Of a stretch of DNA of 64,000 nt, positions 1 to 12,967 are shown one piece after another. The notes under the pieces are model-generated. The model did no database searches and was not told where the DNA came from. It saw only the letters and a program-made list of their open reading frames with translations. The translations under genes were made by a program, and so were the position numbers. Origin of the DNA: Saccharolobus islandicus REY15A (lineage in GTDB: Archaea > Thermoproteota > Thermoprotei_A > Sulfolobales > Sulfolobaceae); the NCBI RefSeq assembly GCF_000189555.1, contig NC_017276.1. One strand, given 5' to 3'. How positions within the stretch are numbered: position 1 is the first letter of the stretch; each line of letters starts with the position of its first letter.

Positions 1-329
1 AATTCACTTAAGACATAAGCAGCTTTGTTCACTTCTTGATATAAATCTTGGAAGGATATTGACCTAAAACTATCTAATCTTTCATTGGTCCAATAAAATG
101 CCACCTTATCTTTCTTATCTGGTAAATGCCTATCTATAGCGTTATAGGATATATTTGTGGTTCCTCCAACGAACCACTTCTCGTACGGTGGTTCTCCCTC
201 AAGTATTTTCTCTGGTTGCCTAAACCAAGTTATGTAATTAGCCTTATCTCGCCAGAAGGCTTCTGGATTTTCCATAGAGAATTTCGCCAATGCTTTAATC
301 TGATCTAGAGAATATATTTTCCAACTCAT
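1..329 (-). CDS. Acetyl-/acyl-CoA synthetase, N-terminal part (runs off window start)
   Basis: Manual translation from ATG at 329: MSWKIYSLDQIKALAKFSMENPEAFWRDKANYITWFRQPEKILEGEPPYEKWFVGGTTNISYNAIDRH..., the typical ACS N-terminus (WF.GG..N..YNA.DRH). Confidence 0.85.
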   Translation of the reverse strand, partial: MSWKIYSLDQIKALAKFSMENPEAFWRDKANYITWFRQPEKILEGEPPYEKWFVGGTTNISYNAIDRHLPDKKDKVAFYWTNERLDSFRSISFQDLYQEVNKAAYVLSE

Positions 330-429
330 GTTATCATATACATTTGTAAATTAAAAATTATATATACCTTTCGTTCAATAATGATAGATTGATATAAGAT
401 TTAAAAGTTATTAAATGTAGGATAAATAT

Positions 430-1545
430 ATGAGCGAAAAAGAGCTTTTTATAGAATCACTGAGGGAATTCCTCAAAAGAGATGTTGAAAAAATAGCAAC
501 TAAAATAGACAAAGAAGATTACTACCCTAGAGATTTAGTTAGGAAACTCGGAGAGTTAGGCTTTCTAATCCCTTTAACTAATGGACTTTCACACTACGAT
601 ATGATGACAATTTTAGAAGAAATTGCCAAGGTTAGCGGGTCCTTAGCGTTAATTGCTGACGCTCAAGGAGAATTGGCTGGCGAAATGATTAGATTATATG
701 CAGACGAAAGACAAAGGAAGGAGTTTCTAGAACCGATGAGTAAGGGAGAGATGATAGGTAGTTTTGCCCTAACTGAACCTTCTGGTGGAAGTGATATAGG
801 CTCCATGAAGACTTTCGCTGAGAAAAGAAATGGATTATGGAGAATAAAAGGACATAAGATGTGGATAACTCAAGGACTTTACGCTGATATTTTCGTCACA
901 GTTACGAGAACTGGCTCATCTAGGCATGATTTATCCGTTTTCATAGTGCCTAGGGGTAATTGCGTTGAGACTAGAAAAATAGAAGTCATGGGTAATAGGG
1001 GAACTGGAACTGCTGAGGTAATCTTTCATGATTGTGAAGTGTCAAAAGATTACGTAGTTGGAGAAGTAAATAATGGGTGGAATATGGTAAATTCAGTACT
1101 AGAGATAGGGAGACTTGCTATATCTGGGATTGCAATAGGTTTGGCTGAGGCTGCGTTGGAAGAAGCTCTTAAGTGGGCTAGATCTAGAACAGCATTTGGC
1201 AATTCAATTTATGATTTTCAAGGGATAAGATGGTACTTCGCCGATTCCGTAGCTAAACTCAACGCGGTAAAATCAATGGCTAAGGATGTTAGCAATAAGT
1301 TTGATGAGAATTCAAAGGATAAGGGAGTTTACGTAGCAATGTTAAAGCTATTATCGGCGATTATCGCTAACGAAATAGTCGATATCTCCTTGCAAGTATT
1401 TGGTGGTATGGGTTACGCTAAGGGAACCACTATTGAACGAATATATCGTGATGCCAGATTACTTAGGATAGGTGAGGGAACTGATGAAGTACAAAGACAC
1501 ATTATTGCTAAATATATTGAACGGTATGGAATACCGTATATTTAG
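430..1545 (+). CDS. Acyl-CoA dehydrogenase
   Basis: FALTEPSGGSD, KMWITQG, QVFGGMGY and RIGEGTDEVQR motifs. Confidence 0.95.
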   Translation: MSEKELFIESLREFLKRDVEKIATKIDKEDYYPRDLVRKLGELGFLIPLTNGLSHYDMMTILEEIAKVSGSLALIADAQGELAGEMIRLYADERQRKEFLEPMSKGEMIGSFALTEPSGGSDIGSMKTFAEKRNGLWRIKGHKMWITQGLYADIFVTVTRTGSSRHDLSVFIVPRGNCVETRKIEVMGNRGTGTAEVIFHDCEVSKDYVVGEVNNGWNMVNSVLEIGRLAISGIAIGLAEAALEEALKWARSRTAFGNSIYDFQGIRWYFADSVAKLNAVKSMAKDVSNKFDENSKDKGVYVAMLKLLSAIIANEIVDISLQVFGGMGYAKGTTIERIYRDARLLRIGEGTDEVQRHIIAKYIERYGIPYI

Positions 1546-1608
1546 TTACTTTCGATCCTTTCATAGGTAAGGCTAAAAAGCTTTAATAAGTACGTCAAGA
1601 GAATATAT

Positions 1609-2750
1609 TTGGGGACTTTTTTGAATCGAATTGCCATAATAGGCATAGGTTGGTTCGGCTTTAGGTCTACAACTCCAGAAGTCTCATTTAGAGAGATGGT
1701 TTTCGAGGCTGCGTCTAGGGCATATAAGGATGCGGGAAATATAAATCCTAGAAATAATGTGGACTCTTTTATATCCTGCCAAGAGGACTTCTGGGAGGGA
1801 ATATCGATAGCTGACGAATTCGCGCCAGACCAAATGGGAGGAGCAATGAGGCCAACCATGACTGTAGCTGGAGACGCGCTTCAAGGATTAGCTCACGCTG
1901 TAATGCATATTAATTCCGGTGTAGCTAACGTAGTGTCAATTGAAGCCCATTCTAAGGTAAGCGACATACTAACGTTTAGTGACTTAGTGAAATTCGCAAT
2001 GGATCCCATATACGTTAGATCCATTAATCCACCAAATTTCCATTTTATTGCAGGGTTAGATGCGGTAAAGTTCATGCAAAGAAAAGGGATAACAAGGGAA
2101 GACTTAGCATTAGTAGTGGAAAAGAATAAGAAAGCTGGTCTATCATCTCCTAGAGCGTCTTATGCTAGTAATATATCAGCTGAAGACGTGTTAAAGAAAG
2201 ATTACGTAGTTTACCCTCTTAGTGAGTTGGATATGGCGCCTTTTGTTGATGGAGCAATAGTTATAGTAGTTGCTGATGAGGAAGTTGGTAAAAAGCTGAA
2301 AAAAGATGATTATCTAGTAATCAAGGGACTGGGATTCGTAACTGATTCCTCAAACCTAGAAACTGCAGAGCTAGGAAAGGCAAACTACATGAGGATAGCC
2401 TCAGATATGGCATATAGAATGGCTGGAATTGAGTCGCCTAGAAGGTATTTTGATGCTGTTTTTGTTGATGATAGATACAGTTACAAAGAATTACAGCACT
2501 TGGAGGGATTGAGAGTTTCTGAGGAACCATCAAAGGACTTAAGGGAGGGAAATCTCTCTCCTCAAGGAGAAATTCCGGTAAATCCCTTAGGTGGGCATAT
2601 AGCTAAGGGAGTTCCTTTAGAAGCTTCAGGTTTTTCATTACTGTTAGACGCAATAGATTATATTAAGCAAGGGAAAGGTGAAAGGGCACTTGTCGCGTCT
2701 TGGCGTGGAATTCCCACTCTTACTGGATCAGTTGTGGTGGTGGAAAAGCC

Positions 2751-2754
<4 letters not shown>
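1609..2754 (+). CDS. Thiolase-fold (SCP-x/archaeal acetyl-CoA acetyltransferase-like) protein, subunit 1
   Basis: IAIIGIGW, PF.DGA, NPLGGHIAKG; canonical catalytic Cys and His not evident. Confidence 0.8.
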
Positions 2755-3929
<1,175 letters not shown>

Positions 3930-3940
3930 GGTGATATGAG

Positions 3941-4438
3941 ATGGTAACTCCTCTAAAAGAAGAAGACTTAAGCAAACATTATATACTCTCATATAAACCA
4001 AACGCTAAATACGCATACACTGCGGGACAAGCTCAGAGCAAATATCTACTTGGACTTAAGGAAGGAAAAATTTATGGAAGGAAGTGCAATAAGTGCGGTA
4101 GAATTCACGTACCGCCAAAAATGTATTGTGAGGAATGCTTTAGACCAACTGACGAGTGGGTTGAAGTAAAAGATGAAGGAATAGTAATGACTGCAGTTGC
4201 TAGCTTCATAAGTTGGACTAGAGCTAAGTTGGAAGAGCCAGAGATAGTCGGGGTTATAAGGCTATTACCTTCTAACGATAGGGATTTCGTATACCCTGGA
4301 ATATTCCACAGAATATGTGCAAGTTATGAACAAGTGAAGAGTATGGAAATCATAGGGAAGAGGGTTAAGGCGGTGTGGAAGCCAAAGGAGGAAAGGAAAG
4401 GAAGTATTGAAGATATCCAATGCTTTAAGGTGATCTAA
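3941..4438 (+). CDS. DUF35 Zn-ribbon/OB-fold acyl-CoA-binding partner
   Basis: CNKC-x10-CEEC followed by an OB-fold-like region; directly after the thiolase genes. Confidence 0.85.
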   Translation: MVTPLKEEDLSKHYILSYKPNAKYAYTAGQAQSKYLLGLKEGKIYGRKCNKCGRIHVPPKMYCEECFRPTDEWVEVKDEGIVMTAVASFISWTRAKLEEPEIVGVIRLLPSNDRDFVYPGIFHRICASYEQVKSMEIIGKRVKAVWKPKEERKGSIEDIQCFKVI

Positions 4439-4873
4439 ATGTCTTGGGAGAAGAGTGGAAAAGAAGGAAGGCTATTAAGATGGTATGACGTAATGGAAGC
4501 TGAAAAATACGAGTATACAGTAGGCCCAGCGGGAGAACAGTTCTTTAACGGGCTGAAACAAGGTAAGATTGTAGGAAGTAAGTGTAGTAAGTGTGGAAGA
4601 ATCTTCGTCCCTGCTAGATCCTATTGTGAACACTGCTTCGTCAAGATAGAGAATTACGTGGAAGTAAATAAGGATGAGGCTTACGTGGATTCGTATACAA
4701 TAATCTACAATGATGATGAAGGTAACAAATTAGCACAACCAGTGTTTATTGCCCTAATTAGATTTCCAAATGTTGAAGGAGGATTGCTGTGTTACGCTGA
4801 AGGAAATGTTAAAGTGGAGGCAAAGGCTAAAATTACGAGCTTTGAATGGCCTCTACGAGTCAAGGTTGACTGA
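4439..4873 (+). CDS. DUF35 Zn-ribbon/OB-fold protein (second copy)
   Basis: CSKC-x10-CEHC. Confidence 0.85.
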   Translation: MSWEKSGKEGRLLRWYDVMEAEKYEYTVGPAGEQFFNGLKQGKIVGSKCSKCGRIFVPARSYCEHCFVKIENYVEVNKDEAYVDSYTIIYNDDEGNKLAQPVFIALIRFPNVEGGLLCYAEGNVKVEAKAKITSFEWPLRVKVD

Positions 4874-5049
4874 TTTTTTCGAAAACATTTTAACCCTTAT
4901 ATATGTATTCTGTATTCATATCCAACTCAACATTGCAAGGAATCATTCCGTATAACGTACTACCGGATAAAAATATGCAGACATCTTCAACTCTACGCAT
5001 AAGTTTAACTGCGATATTTGAGTTTTCTCGTGAACTACCCTGCCCTTAC

Positions 5050-6256
5050 CGGTAGACCCAAAATCATATTAGAAAAAATATTTCTGGTAGGATAATATCG
5101 AATTTATAAAAGATAAAGAAATTTATAAGAGTATAAAGAATTCAATTGAAGAAAGGGTTTAAGGTGAGGGAGATGGCGTATTACCACGTGACATAGGAAG
5201 ATGGTAACACCAGGTCTCCCTCACCAAAATAACATTCAACAAATAGGATATAAATTACTTTCCATGTTGAACTTCCAAGGGGAAAAGGTAGAGGAGGTAG
5301 CGAAAACTCTCATCTCCGCGTGTTTGTGGAACGATTCAGTAGAGAACAAGTCCAGAGCGTATGACGTATCCCCACAGACCGTGAGGAATTACGTAGAGAA
5401 ACAAGGGATGGAAGTGACTGAAAAGCTATTGGAAAGAGCTAGGAAAATATCCTTGGAGATATTAAAGGGAGTGAATGAGATAGATCTCTCAATAGACTGG
5501 ACAACCAAGACATGGTACGGGAAACCAGTGAAAGGGCTCGGGAGCTCTGAAAAAGGAAACTCGTGGAACTACGCAACTGCAACAACCAAGTATAAGGGGA
5601 AAGTGCTTTTACTTGCCGCAAGTGAACGGTATGACTAAGGACGAGATAGTGAAGGCTCTTGTTGAACAAGTAATGGGATTCAAGATAAGGTTGATAACTC
5701 TTGACGCTGGTTTCTATACTGTTGACGTGCTCAACTTCATTTCACAGTTTAAGTACATAATTGCTGTTCCGGTTGGGGACGTGAAGGTGTACGAGGAGTT
5801 TGACGGGGATTACACAACTAATAGTAAGAGGCATAGGAGGGATGAGCAGGTCAAATTCAGGCTTCTCGTGTACAGCAAGGAAAAAGTGGGGAGAAAGAAG
5901 AAGAGTCTTGTTTACTTCGCTAGGGCTACTAACCTAGACCTATCCAAGAGGGAAGTGTTGGATTTGTACAATAAGGTAAGAGGTCCCATAGAGACCTCTT
6001 ATAGGAACATTAAGGCTTTTCTTCCATTTACTAGTTCTACTAAGTTTGTTTTCCGCACGTTGATCTTCGTGCTGGCCCTTGTACTCTACTCCTTATATAC
6101 CATATTCAAGGGGGAGGTGGGGAGAGAGGAGTTTAGATTATTATTAATTCTTTTATTTCCTGATTTATTCAATCCAGAGACTTTTACATTTAATATAATT
6201 GAAACGCTTATTTATACTATAGATTTATTTTTAAGGAGGTGATTTTGGGTCTACCG
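5050..6256 (+). mobile_element. ISH3-family IS (ISC1200-like), 1207 bp
   Basis: Perfect 17-bp terminal IR CGGTAGACCCAAAATCA (5050-5066 / 6240-6256); TTAC target duplication (5046-5049, 6257-6260). Confidence 0.9.
5201..6242 (+). pseudogene. ISH3 transposase, frameshifted near 5615
   Basis: Split into ORFs 5201-5638 and 5613-6242; SIDWT, TLDAGF and PIETSYR DDE-type motifs. Confidence 0.85.
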
Positions 6257-6621
6257 TTACGGACAGGGCATCTCCACCTCACGATGGGGATTTCCTGCTT
6301 CTCAGAGCAACCTCGATCCCCCTTCACCCACAGCGGAGGTTCCATCGAACGGAACCGTTCTGTAATGCCCCGTGTGGAAGAGGGGTTACGGAGGGTTGCT
6401 CTCCACAGGCGTAAGTTCCCCCAGTCCCAAGGGTACGGCCCAGCTCTTACAGCCGAGGCCTAAGAATTATCTATTTTTTGCAATAAAAAGGTTTCTATAA
6501 GGGGGCTATTCATCCCCTACCTTACGGAAGGGGACTTTCGCCCCCTTAACCCCTAATTAAGTTAAATTCAATTTCCTTAGCACTGGCGAAGCTTATCATA
6601 ACATTTACAACTTTTCCGTCC

Positions 6622-7617
6622 TTATCCCTTATCTTGCTTATAGAAAACTTCTCCAAGAAGTCTCTTATTTTTTACTTTATTCTCCTCGTCTAACAACAAT
6701 TTCAACGCAGTATAAAGTCTAAAACTCTCGGAGAATTTCCTCTCATTTTCGCTTAGTTCACTAATTTTTAACTCGTATATATTATTGCCAAGAATTAAAT
6801 TAAAAGCTTCATTCCTTATTATTAAAAATGCTTCGTCACTATCTCCTTGTATAGAAACCAAGTAATTAATTAGAGCCTTTTTCATATCACTGATTTTTTC
6901 AAGAGTCCTCCCCAATTCTACTTCCTTAGTCTTACCCTTATTAAGCTCCAATAAATAATGTTCAAATTCTTCCAATTACTTCCATGCCAAATCGACGTTA
7001 TTTTCCATTACTATTCTGCTAAGTTTATCCATGAAAAGATAATATAACTCTGGAGTGATAGATGTTGATTCTAACCATAAATATACGTTGCTTAGACCTT
7101 CTTTTATCTTCTTAGTTTTATCATTACCAAATTTTCTCCTTCTCAATTTCTCCCCGCCCTGGAAGGGCGATGGTTCCCCTCAAGAGGGATCATCGTTCCC
7201 ACCATCGATTCGGGATTACATCTCTCATCTGGTGGGCAGACGAGTGGATCAGAGATCCACTCCCGTCTGAATAGAAGGGGACTTTCATCCATAACGTCTA
7301 GTCCCTTAAGAGATGCTAGATGATCCTCCCACAGTCACATTAAGCCCTCAATTGAGCTGGGGAGGAGCGTCATTAACATCACTAAAAGAATTTCAGAAAA
7401 AAGGATTATTTAAATATAAGGGGGCTATCCATCCCCGCTAGCGAGGCTTTCCGCCCCCTTAACCCCCAATTTTTGTAATTCCTATGGATAGATCTACTGC
7501 AATATCATTTGATACTTTTACAAGCTTTTCCAAGTTATTTGCATCGATCTCAATATTCAACAATTCGCTCACTATTATTAATTTAGGAAGGCTATTCAAG
7601 AATTTCGGGTCATTCAC
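6622..7617 (-). pseudogene. Hypothetical protein gene split by the 7142-7474 insertion, with an in-frame TAA at 6976-6978
   Basis: Removing 7142-7474 restores one frame (...VDLSIGIT|RRKFGNDK...LAWK*LEEFEH...); the track ORF 6622-6975 is the C-terminal part. Confidence 0.6.
7142..7474 (-). mobile_element. Non-autonomous tnpB-derived element (~333 bp), second family
   Basis: Right part matches the tnpB 3' end at 39160-39264; left end GGGGGTTAAGGGGGCGG resembles the left ends at 6561 and 22029; excision restores the host reading frame (boundary ambiguous by 1-2 A). Confidence 0.75.
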
Positions 7618-7947
7618 GCATCCTTTGCGAATTCAGTTTATTTAAAGAATCGTAATGAATTTAATTAAATATCGCCGCTCTGACTAGGTGGAGATCCACG
7701 CTCAGTAGTTTACTTTATTATGCCAATCTTATTCACAAATTACAATTCGCAAAAGAGACCTGAATCGCCCAGAATTTCTCTAGTATTTCGTGAGTTTGAA
7801 CCATGCAATATATTATGCAAAGATAGATTAAAAAGATTAAACCATATATGTACTAAAATAAACTTTACTTCTGAAGTTTAATCAAATTATTAAGATCTTA
7901 AACTTTAGAAAGTAACGCTTATTAACGTTTGAACTATAATTATAAAT

Positions 7948-9786
7948 GTGATTGAACTTTCTACAACTAAGAGAGTAATTTTGGGAAATGAGGCAATAGC
8001 TTTTGGTGCATTAAGTGCTGGAGTATCCATAGCTGCAGGATATCCAGGCACACCATCCACAGAAATAATAGAAACTTTAATGGCATATGGAAAAATATAT
8101 ACCGAATGGAGTGCTAACGAAAAAGTGGCGTTTGAAACGGCTTATGGAGCGGCTATCAACGGAGCTTTTGCCCTAACTACAATGAAACATGTGGGGTTAA
8201 ACGTGGCAGCTGATCCTTTAATGAGCTCATCATATACTGGAGTCGAAGGAGCATTAGTCATAGTTTCTGCCGATGATCCTTCCATGTGGTCATCACAAAA
8301 CGAACAAGATAACAGATACTACGGTTTACATGCGTTAATCCCAGTTATAGAGCCATATGATCCACAATCTGCTCATGACTTAACCATAGAGGCCTTTAAG
8401 CTAAGTAACAAAGTTAAACATCCAGTAATTCTTAGATCAACTACCAGAATAGGTCACATTAGAGGACCAGTAGAACTTAAGCCTCCATCTCGACCAATCC
8501 TGGGTAAACTTATCAAAGACCCTAAACGTTACGTGTTAGTCCCAGAGAACGCAAGAAGAAATAGAGTTGAACAGTTAAAGAGATGGGAAAAAATTGAAGA
8601 AGAGGTAGAGGGTTTAAATGAGCTAATTGACAACGATAGTGAAAATCTAATAATTGCCTCGGGTATTTCATTCGGTTACGTAATTGATGCCATGAAAGAG
8701 TTGGACATTAAGGCAAATGTATTAAGGTTATCCACCCCCGTCCCTATACCTAAAAGACTGTTTCTCAAGGCTGTAAGCAACTCCAAGAGGGTTCTAATAG
8801 TAGAGGAAGGTGAGCCAATTGTTGAATATCAAATAAAGGATCTGCTGTATGATCAGGGGATAAGAGTTGAATTACATGGAAAGGATCTAGTAAGTAGAGT
8901 TGGAGAGATGACATTAGACAAGGTATACTATGCTTTTAGCAAATTCTTTGGGTTAGACCTTGTAACGGAATACTTAGAAGTTCCCCAAGATATACCACCA
9001 AGACCTCCAGCACTATGCCCAGGATGTCCACACAGAAGTTCATTCACAGACTTAAAGAAAGCAATCACAATGGCTTCCTTTAAGCCTAATGAAACGTTCA
9101 TCTCTGGTGATATTGGATGTTATACATTAGGATTGTTACCACCCTTCGACACTCAAGACTCTTCTACCGATATGGGTTCTAGTATTGGGATTGCCAACGG
9201 CGTTTATAGGGCCACTGGGAATATACCGATAGCAGTTATTGGAGATTCTACATTCTTCCACAGCGGGATTTCAGCACTTGCAAATGCTGTCTATACTCAA
9301 ACTCCTATGCTCGTGCTTGTCTTAGATAATAGGTCTACTGCGATGACCGGACAACAGCCAAGCCCATCTAAGGAAATAGATATAGGAGAGGTTGCTAAGG
9401 GTTTAGGAGTAAAGTATGTAAAGTACATTGATCCTTTTGACGTTAATTCTTCAATAAAGGAATTATCAAATGCATTAAAGTGGATTAGGGAAAATAAGCA
9501 ACCGGCAGTTGTCATAGCTAAAAGAGCTTGTGCGTTATTAGTTATGGATAACGTAGAGGAGAACAATCTACCAAAGGCCATAGTTGATCTAGAGAAATGT
9601 ACCGGTTGCAGCATATGCTATGACTACTTTACGTGCCCCGCCATAATTCCTAGAAAGGATAAGAAGGCTGAGATAGATAATTATACGTGCATAGGCTGTG
9701 GGGCTTGTATACCAGTTTGCCCATTTAAGGCAATATCCTTAAAGGGTGACAAACCAGAAAAATGGGACGAATTATGGCTAGGGTAA
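7948..9786 (+). CDS. iorA: Indolepyruvate:ferredoxin oxidoreductase alpha subunit
   Basis: [34 protein letters not shown] (TPP) motifs; C-terminal 2x[4Fe-4S]. Confidence 0.93.
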   Translation: MIELSTTKRVILGNEAIAFGALSAGVSIAAGYPGTPSTEIIETLMAYGKIYTEWSANEKVAFETAYGAAINGAFALTTMKHVGLNVAADPLMSSSYTGVEGALVIVSADDPSMWSSQNEQDNRYYGLHALIPVIEPYDPQSAHDLTIEAFKLSNKVKHPVILRSTTRIGHIRGPVELKPPSRPILGKLIKDPKRYVLVPENARRNRVEQLKRWEKIEEEVEGLNELIDNDSENLIIASGISFGYVIDAMKELDIKANVLRLSTPVPIPKRLFLKAVSNSKRVLIVEEGEPIVEYQIKDLLYDQGIRVELHGKDLVSRVGEMTLDKVYYAFSKFFGLDLVTEYLEVPQDIPPRPPALCPGCPHRSSFTDLKKAITMASFKPNETFISGDIGCYTLGLLPPFDTQDSSTDMGSSIGIANGVYRATGNIPIAVIGDSTFFHSGISALANAVYTQTPMLVLVLDNRSTAMTGQQPSPSKEIDIGEVAKGLGVKYVKYIDPFDVNSSIKELSNALKWIRENKQPAVVIAKRACALLVMDNVEENNLPKAIVDLEKCTGCSICYDYFTCPAIIPRKDKKAEIDNYTCIGCGACIPVCPFKAISLKGDKPEKWDELWLG

Positions 9787-10358
9787 ACATTCTGATAGCA
9801 GGTGTGGGAGGGCAAGGTATAATAACTGCTGGTAAGATAATAGCTGAGGCTGGAAACTACTCCAATACTAAGGTCTTAATAGCAGAAACCCATGGTTTAG
9901 CGCAGAGAGGCGGAGGAGTTAATATTCATGTGAGGATAGGCGACGTTAACTCTCCATTAATACCATTAGGAAAGGCTGATTACCTAGTTGGTTTAGAGGC
10001 TACTGAGGTTTTAAGAAACTTAAACTATGCTTCAAGAAAACATACCACTATCATTATAAATAACTACGTGGTAAGGCCAGTTTTACCTAAAGTTAGGTTA
10101 CTTAGTTTACAAGAGGTTCTCGATAAATTAAAAGGGTGCAAAGTTTACGTAATTGACGCTAATCAAATAGCCATAAATGCTGGAAATATTAAGGCTGCAA
10201 ATGCTGCAATCCTAGGGTTTTTATACTCACTGGGAGCGTTTGAGGGGCTAATAAACGAGGAATCTTTCATCAAAGCCTTAAAATACGAGAGCAATATAAA
10301 AGCGTTTAAAATTGCCCAAGTTATAAAAATTAATGGGATAGATATTAATGGTATTTAA
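9774..10358 (+). CDS. iorB: Indolepyruvate:ferredoxin oxidoreductase beta subunit
   Basis: [16 protein letters not shown]; likely ATG at 9774. Confidence 0.92.
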   Translation: MARVNILIAGVGGQGIITAGKIIAEAGNYSNTKVLIAETHGLAQRGGGVNIHVRIGDVNSPLIPLGKADYLVGLEATEVLRNLNYASRKHTTIIINNYVVRPVLPKVRLLSLQEVLDKLKGCKVYVIDANQIAINAGNIKAANAAILGFLYSLGAFEGLINEESFIKALKYESNIKAFKIAQVIKINGIDINGI

Positions 10359-12171
10359 TCCAGATAAGGAATGGATAGAGAATAGCAATGTATACAAGTT
10401 CATGGTTGAAAAGAACCTCGATAAACTAGAAGACTTCATTAAATATACGTACGAGAATCCAGAATTTTGGGATGAGTTTGTAAAGTTAATAAACGTGAAA
10501 TTTCCAGAACCTTATACGAAGGTTCTAGATCTAAGTAGGGGAAAGCAATGGCCTCAATGGTTCATAGGGGGAAAGTTAAACATTGGTGACCAATTACGCG
10601 ATAGTTCTGATGTGTTTATTAAGTGGATGGATGAGAGCTTCAACACTAGAATGGTAACCTATTCTCAAATACTAAATGAGAGCAAGTCAATTGCAAGTTG
10701 GTTAAAGAGAATAGGTTTAAAGAAAGGAGATAGGGTTGCCATTTACATGCCAATGATCCCGGAAATAGTATCGGTAATGTTAGGTGCAGTTAGAGCAGGG
10801 ATGATACTCGTACCTCTATTTTCTGGGTTTGGCCCAGAGCCAATAAGAGTTAGAATAGAGGATAGTGAGGCTAAAGTAATCTTCACGGTCGATAAAAGCA
10901 TTAGAAGGGGAAAAGAAGTTGGTATGTTGAGAAATCTGGAAGGACTAAATATAGCTAAAGTAGTATTGAATAGGGGAGGTACTAAGGGTGATTTTTATGA
11001 CTATAAGGATGTAATAAGAACTAGTGGAGACTATGTAGAAAATACTGGTACTGAAGACCCAATGATGATAATTTACACTTCTGGAACTACTGGAAAACCC
11101 AAAGGATGTGTTCATACTCACGATGGATTTCCAATAAAGGCATCTGCTGACATTTACTTTCAGTTCGATCTGAAAAAAGATGAGACCTTAATGTGGGTTA
11201 CCGACATGGGGTGGATGATGGGACCGTGGATGGTATTTGGATCACTCTTACTAGATGCTAAAATGGGGATGATTGAAGGGTATACGGGTGGGGAAGTCCT
11301 ACAGAAATTCATTGAAGATATGAAGGTTGATGTTTTAGGAGTCTCAGCTAGTCTTGTTAGAGCGTTAAGAAGTCAAGGTGAAGTTAAACTAAACGTTAGG
11401 CTAACAGGAAATACTGGAGAACCAATTGATCCGGAAAGCTGGTATTGGTTATTTAACGCTAGTGGAAAGAACCCCATTATAAACTATTCTGGAGGTACTG
11501 AAATCTCTGGAGGTATTTTAGGGAATTACGTTATAAAGAAAATAAAGCCATCTTCATTTAATGGTCCTTCCCCGGGAATTAATGCTTCAGTATTTAATGA
11601 GGAAGGAAAAGAAGCTCCACCAAATGTTGAGGGGGAATTGGTTATATTGAGTGTCTGGCCAGGTATGACCAGGGGATTTTGGAGGAATCCCGAGAGGTAT
11701 ATTGAGACTTATTGGTCAATTTGGAAAGATATATGGGTTCACGGAGATTTGGCTTATAGAGATGAAGAAGGGTATTTTTATATTGTTGGAAGAAGTGATG
11801 ATACGATAAAGGTCGCTGGAAAGAGAGTAGGTCCAGCCGAAATTGAAAGTGTGTTAAATTCCTTTCCAAATGTAGTTGAATCAGCATGTGTTGGAGTTCC
11901 AGATCCAATGAAGGGAGAGAAAATAGTCTGTTTCGTAGTCTCAAAGGTTGGCGATATTGAAAAGGACTTGATAAGATATACAGAGGATAAACTGGGTAAA
12001 GTATTTGCACCATCAGAAATAAAGATCGTTAAGGAGTTACCTAAAACTAGAAATGCAAAAATAATGAGAAGACTGATAAGGGCAGTATACTTAAATAAAC
12101 CCTTAGGGGATATCTCCTCACTAGAAAATCCATCAGCTTTAGAGGAAATAAAGAGGGCCTTGATTAGCTGA
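10348..12171 (+). CDS. Acetyl-/acyl-CoA synthetase (AMP-forming)
   Basis: [35 protein letters not shown]. Confidence 0.92.
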   Translation: MVFNPDKEWIENSNVYKFMVEKNLDKLEDFIKYTYENPEFWDEFVKLINVKFPEPYTKVLDLSRGKQWPQWFIGGKLNIGDQLRDSSDVFIKWMDESFNTRMVTYSQILNESKSIASWLKRIGLKKGDRVAIYMPMIPEIVSVMLGAVRAGMILVPLFSGFGPEPIRVRIEDSEAKVIFTVDKSIRRGKEVGMLRNLEGLNIAKVVLNRGGTKGDFYDYKDVIRTSGDYVENTGTEDPMMIIYTSGTTGKPKGCVHTHDGFPIKASADIYFQFDLKKDETLMWVTDMGWMMGPWMVFGSLLLDAKMGMIEGYTGGEVLQKFIEDMKVDVLGVSASLVRALRSQGEVKLNVRLTGNTGEPIDPESWYWLFNASGKNPIINYSGGTEISGGILGNYVIKKIKPSSFNGPSPGINASVFNEEGKEAPPNVEGELVILSVWPGMTRGFWRNPERYIETYWSIWKDIWVHGDLAYRDEEGYFYIVGRSDDTIKVAGKRVGPAEIESVLNSFPNVVESACVGVPDPMKGEKIVCFVVSKVGDIEKDLIRYTEDKLGKVFAPSEIKIVKELPKTRNAKIMRRLIRAVYLNKPLGDISSLENPSALEEIKRALIS

Positions 12172-12625
12172 TCTCTTCCGCTTTTATTTGCTTTAATGTC
12201 TTAAGAGCCTCATTAACGTGATTGGCTGGATTAGTTTGCGAATTATAAATATGCCTTATTATCCCCTTCTTATCAATAACGAAAGTAATCCTTGCTGGTA
12301 ATATGAATCCTTTAGCACCATAAAGTCCTCTTATTTTCTTATCCGGATCGCTAACTAGAATAAAGGGTAACTTGTATTTTTCTTTAAACTTCTTGTGAGA
12401 GTTGATATCATCCGAACTAACTCCTATTACTACAACGTCGTAATCCTTGAGGAGATCCCAATTATCTCTAAAAGCACAAGCTTCCCTCGTACAGCCTGGT
12501 GTATCGTCTTTAGGGTAGAAATAAAGGACTATATTATGTTTCCCTATGAAATGGGATAGGGAAATCCTCTCACCATTATCCGCTATTCCCTCAAAAAGAG
12601 GTGCCTTATCTCCGACTTTAACCAT
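12164..12625 (-). CDS. bcp: Peroxiredoxin, bacterioferritin comigratory protein
   Basis: [15 protein letters not shown]. Confidence 0.93.
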   Translation of the reverse strand: MVKVGDKAPLFEGIADNGERISLSHFIGKHNIVLYFYPKDDTPGCTREACAFRDNWDLLKDYDVVVIGVSSDDINSHKKFKEKYKLPFILVSDPDKKIRGLYGAKGFILPARITFVIDKKGIIRHIYNSQTNPANHVNEALKTLKQIKAEEIS

Positions 12626-12967
12626 AAATAAGATATATCTAATTGTGGTAAAAAGATTATCTTATAAATTTTTCTAATTTTACATAGTTTGAGAAAGAAT
12701 TTCACTTAGAGATTGACTCCTATGTCCAACTCACTTAATTCAAGTTTTACTCTTTCATAAACGTTCTTAGCTCTTTCCAATTCCAACCTATTAATTGTAT
12801 TTAGTCCAGAATTACATCAACCCATTTTATTGGTCTTGCAAGAGTTTTCTAATCTAAATGGCAATTTGCCTTTATTACAAGAAGAGGAAATGATACTGGA
12901 CCGGCAAAAGGTGCTGTTATAAGTATAATTTAAAAAATATTTTTAATGATTTTAAAATATTTTCCTC

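Larger units (their letters stand above)
5030..6561 (-). mobile_element. SMN1-type non-autonomous IS200/IS605 element (321 bp once the nested IS is removed)
   Basis: Both ends match the intact element at 20306-22029 (GTGAACTACCC.GCCCTTACGGAC... and ...CCCCCTTAACCCCTAATTAAG); TTTAA immediately 5' of the left end on the minus strand; 1532-1207-4=321 bp, the size I recall for SMN1. Confidence 0.85.

Noticed and set aside
6239-7270. ORFs 6239-6463 and 7055-7270
   Set aside because: GC-rich antisense reads through non-autonomous element ends
12680-12910. Broken coding-like text on the minus strand (KTLARPIKWVD, NRLELERAKNVYERV)
   Set aside because: Multiple stops and shifts; no family assignable without a search
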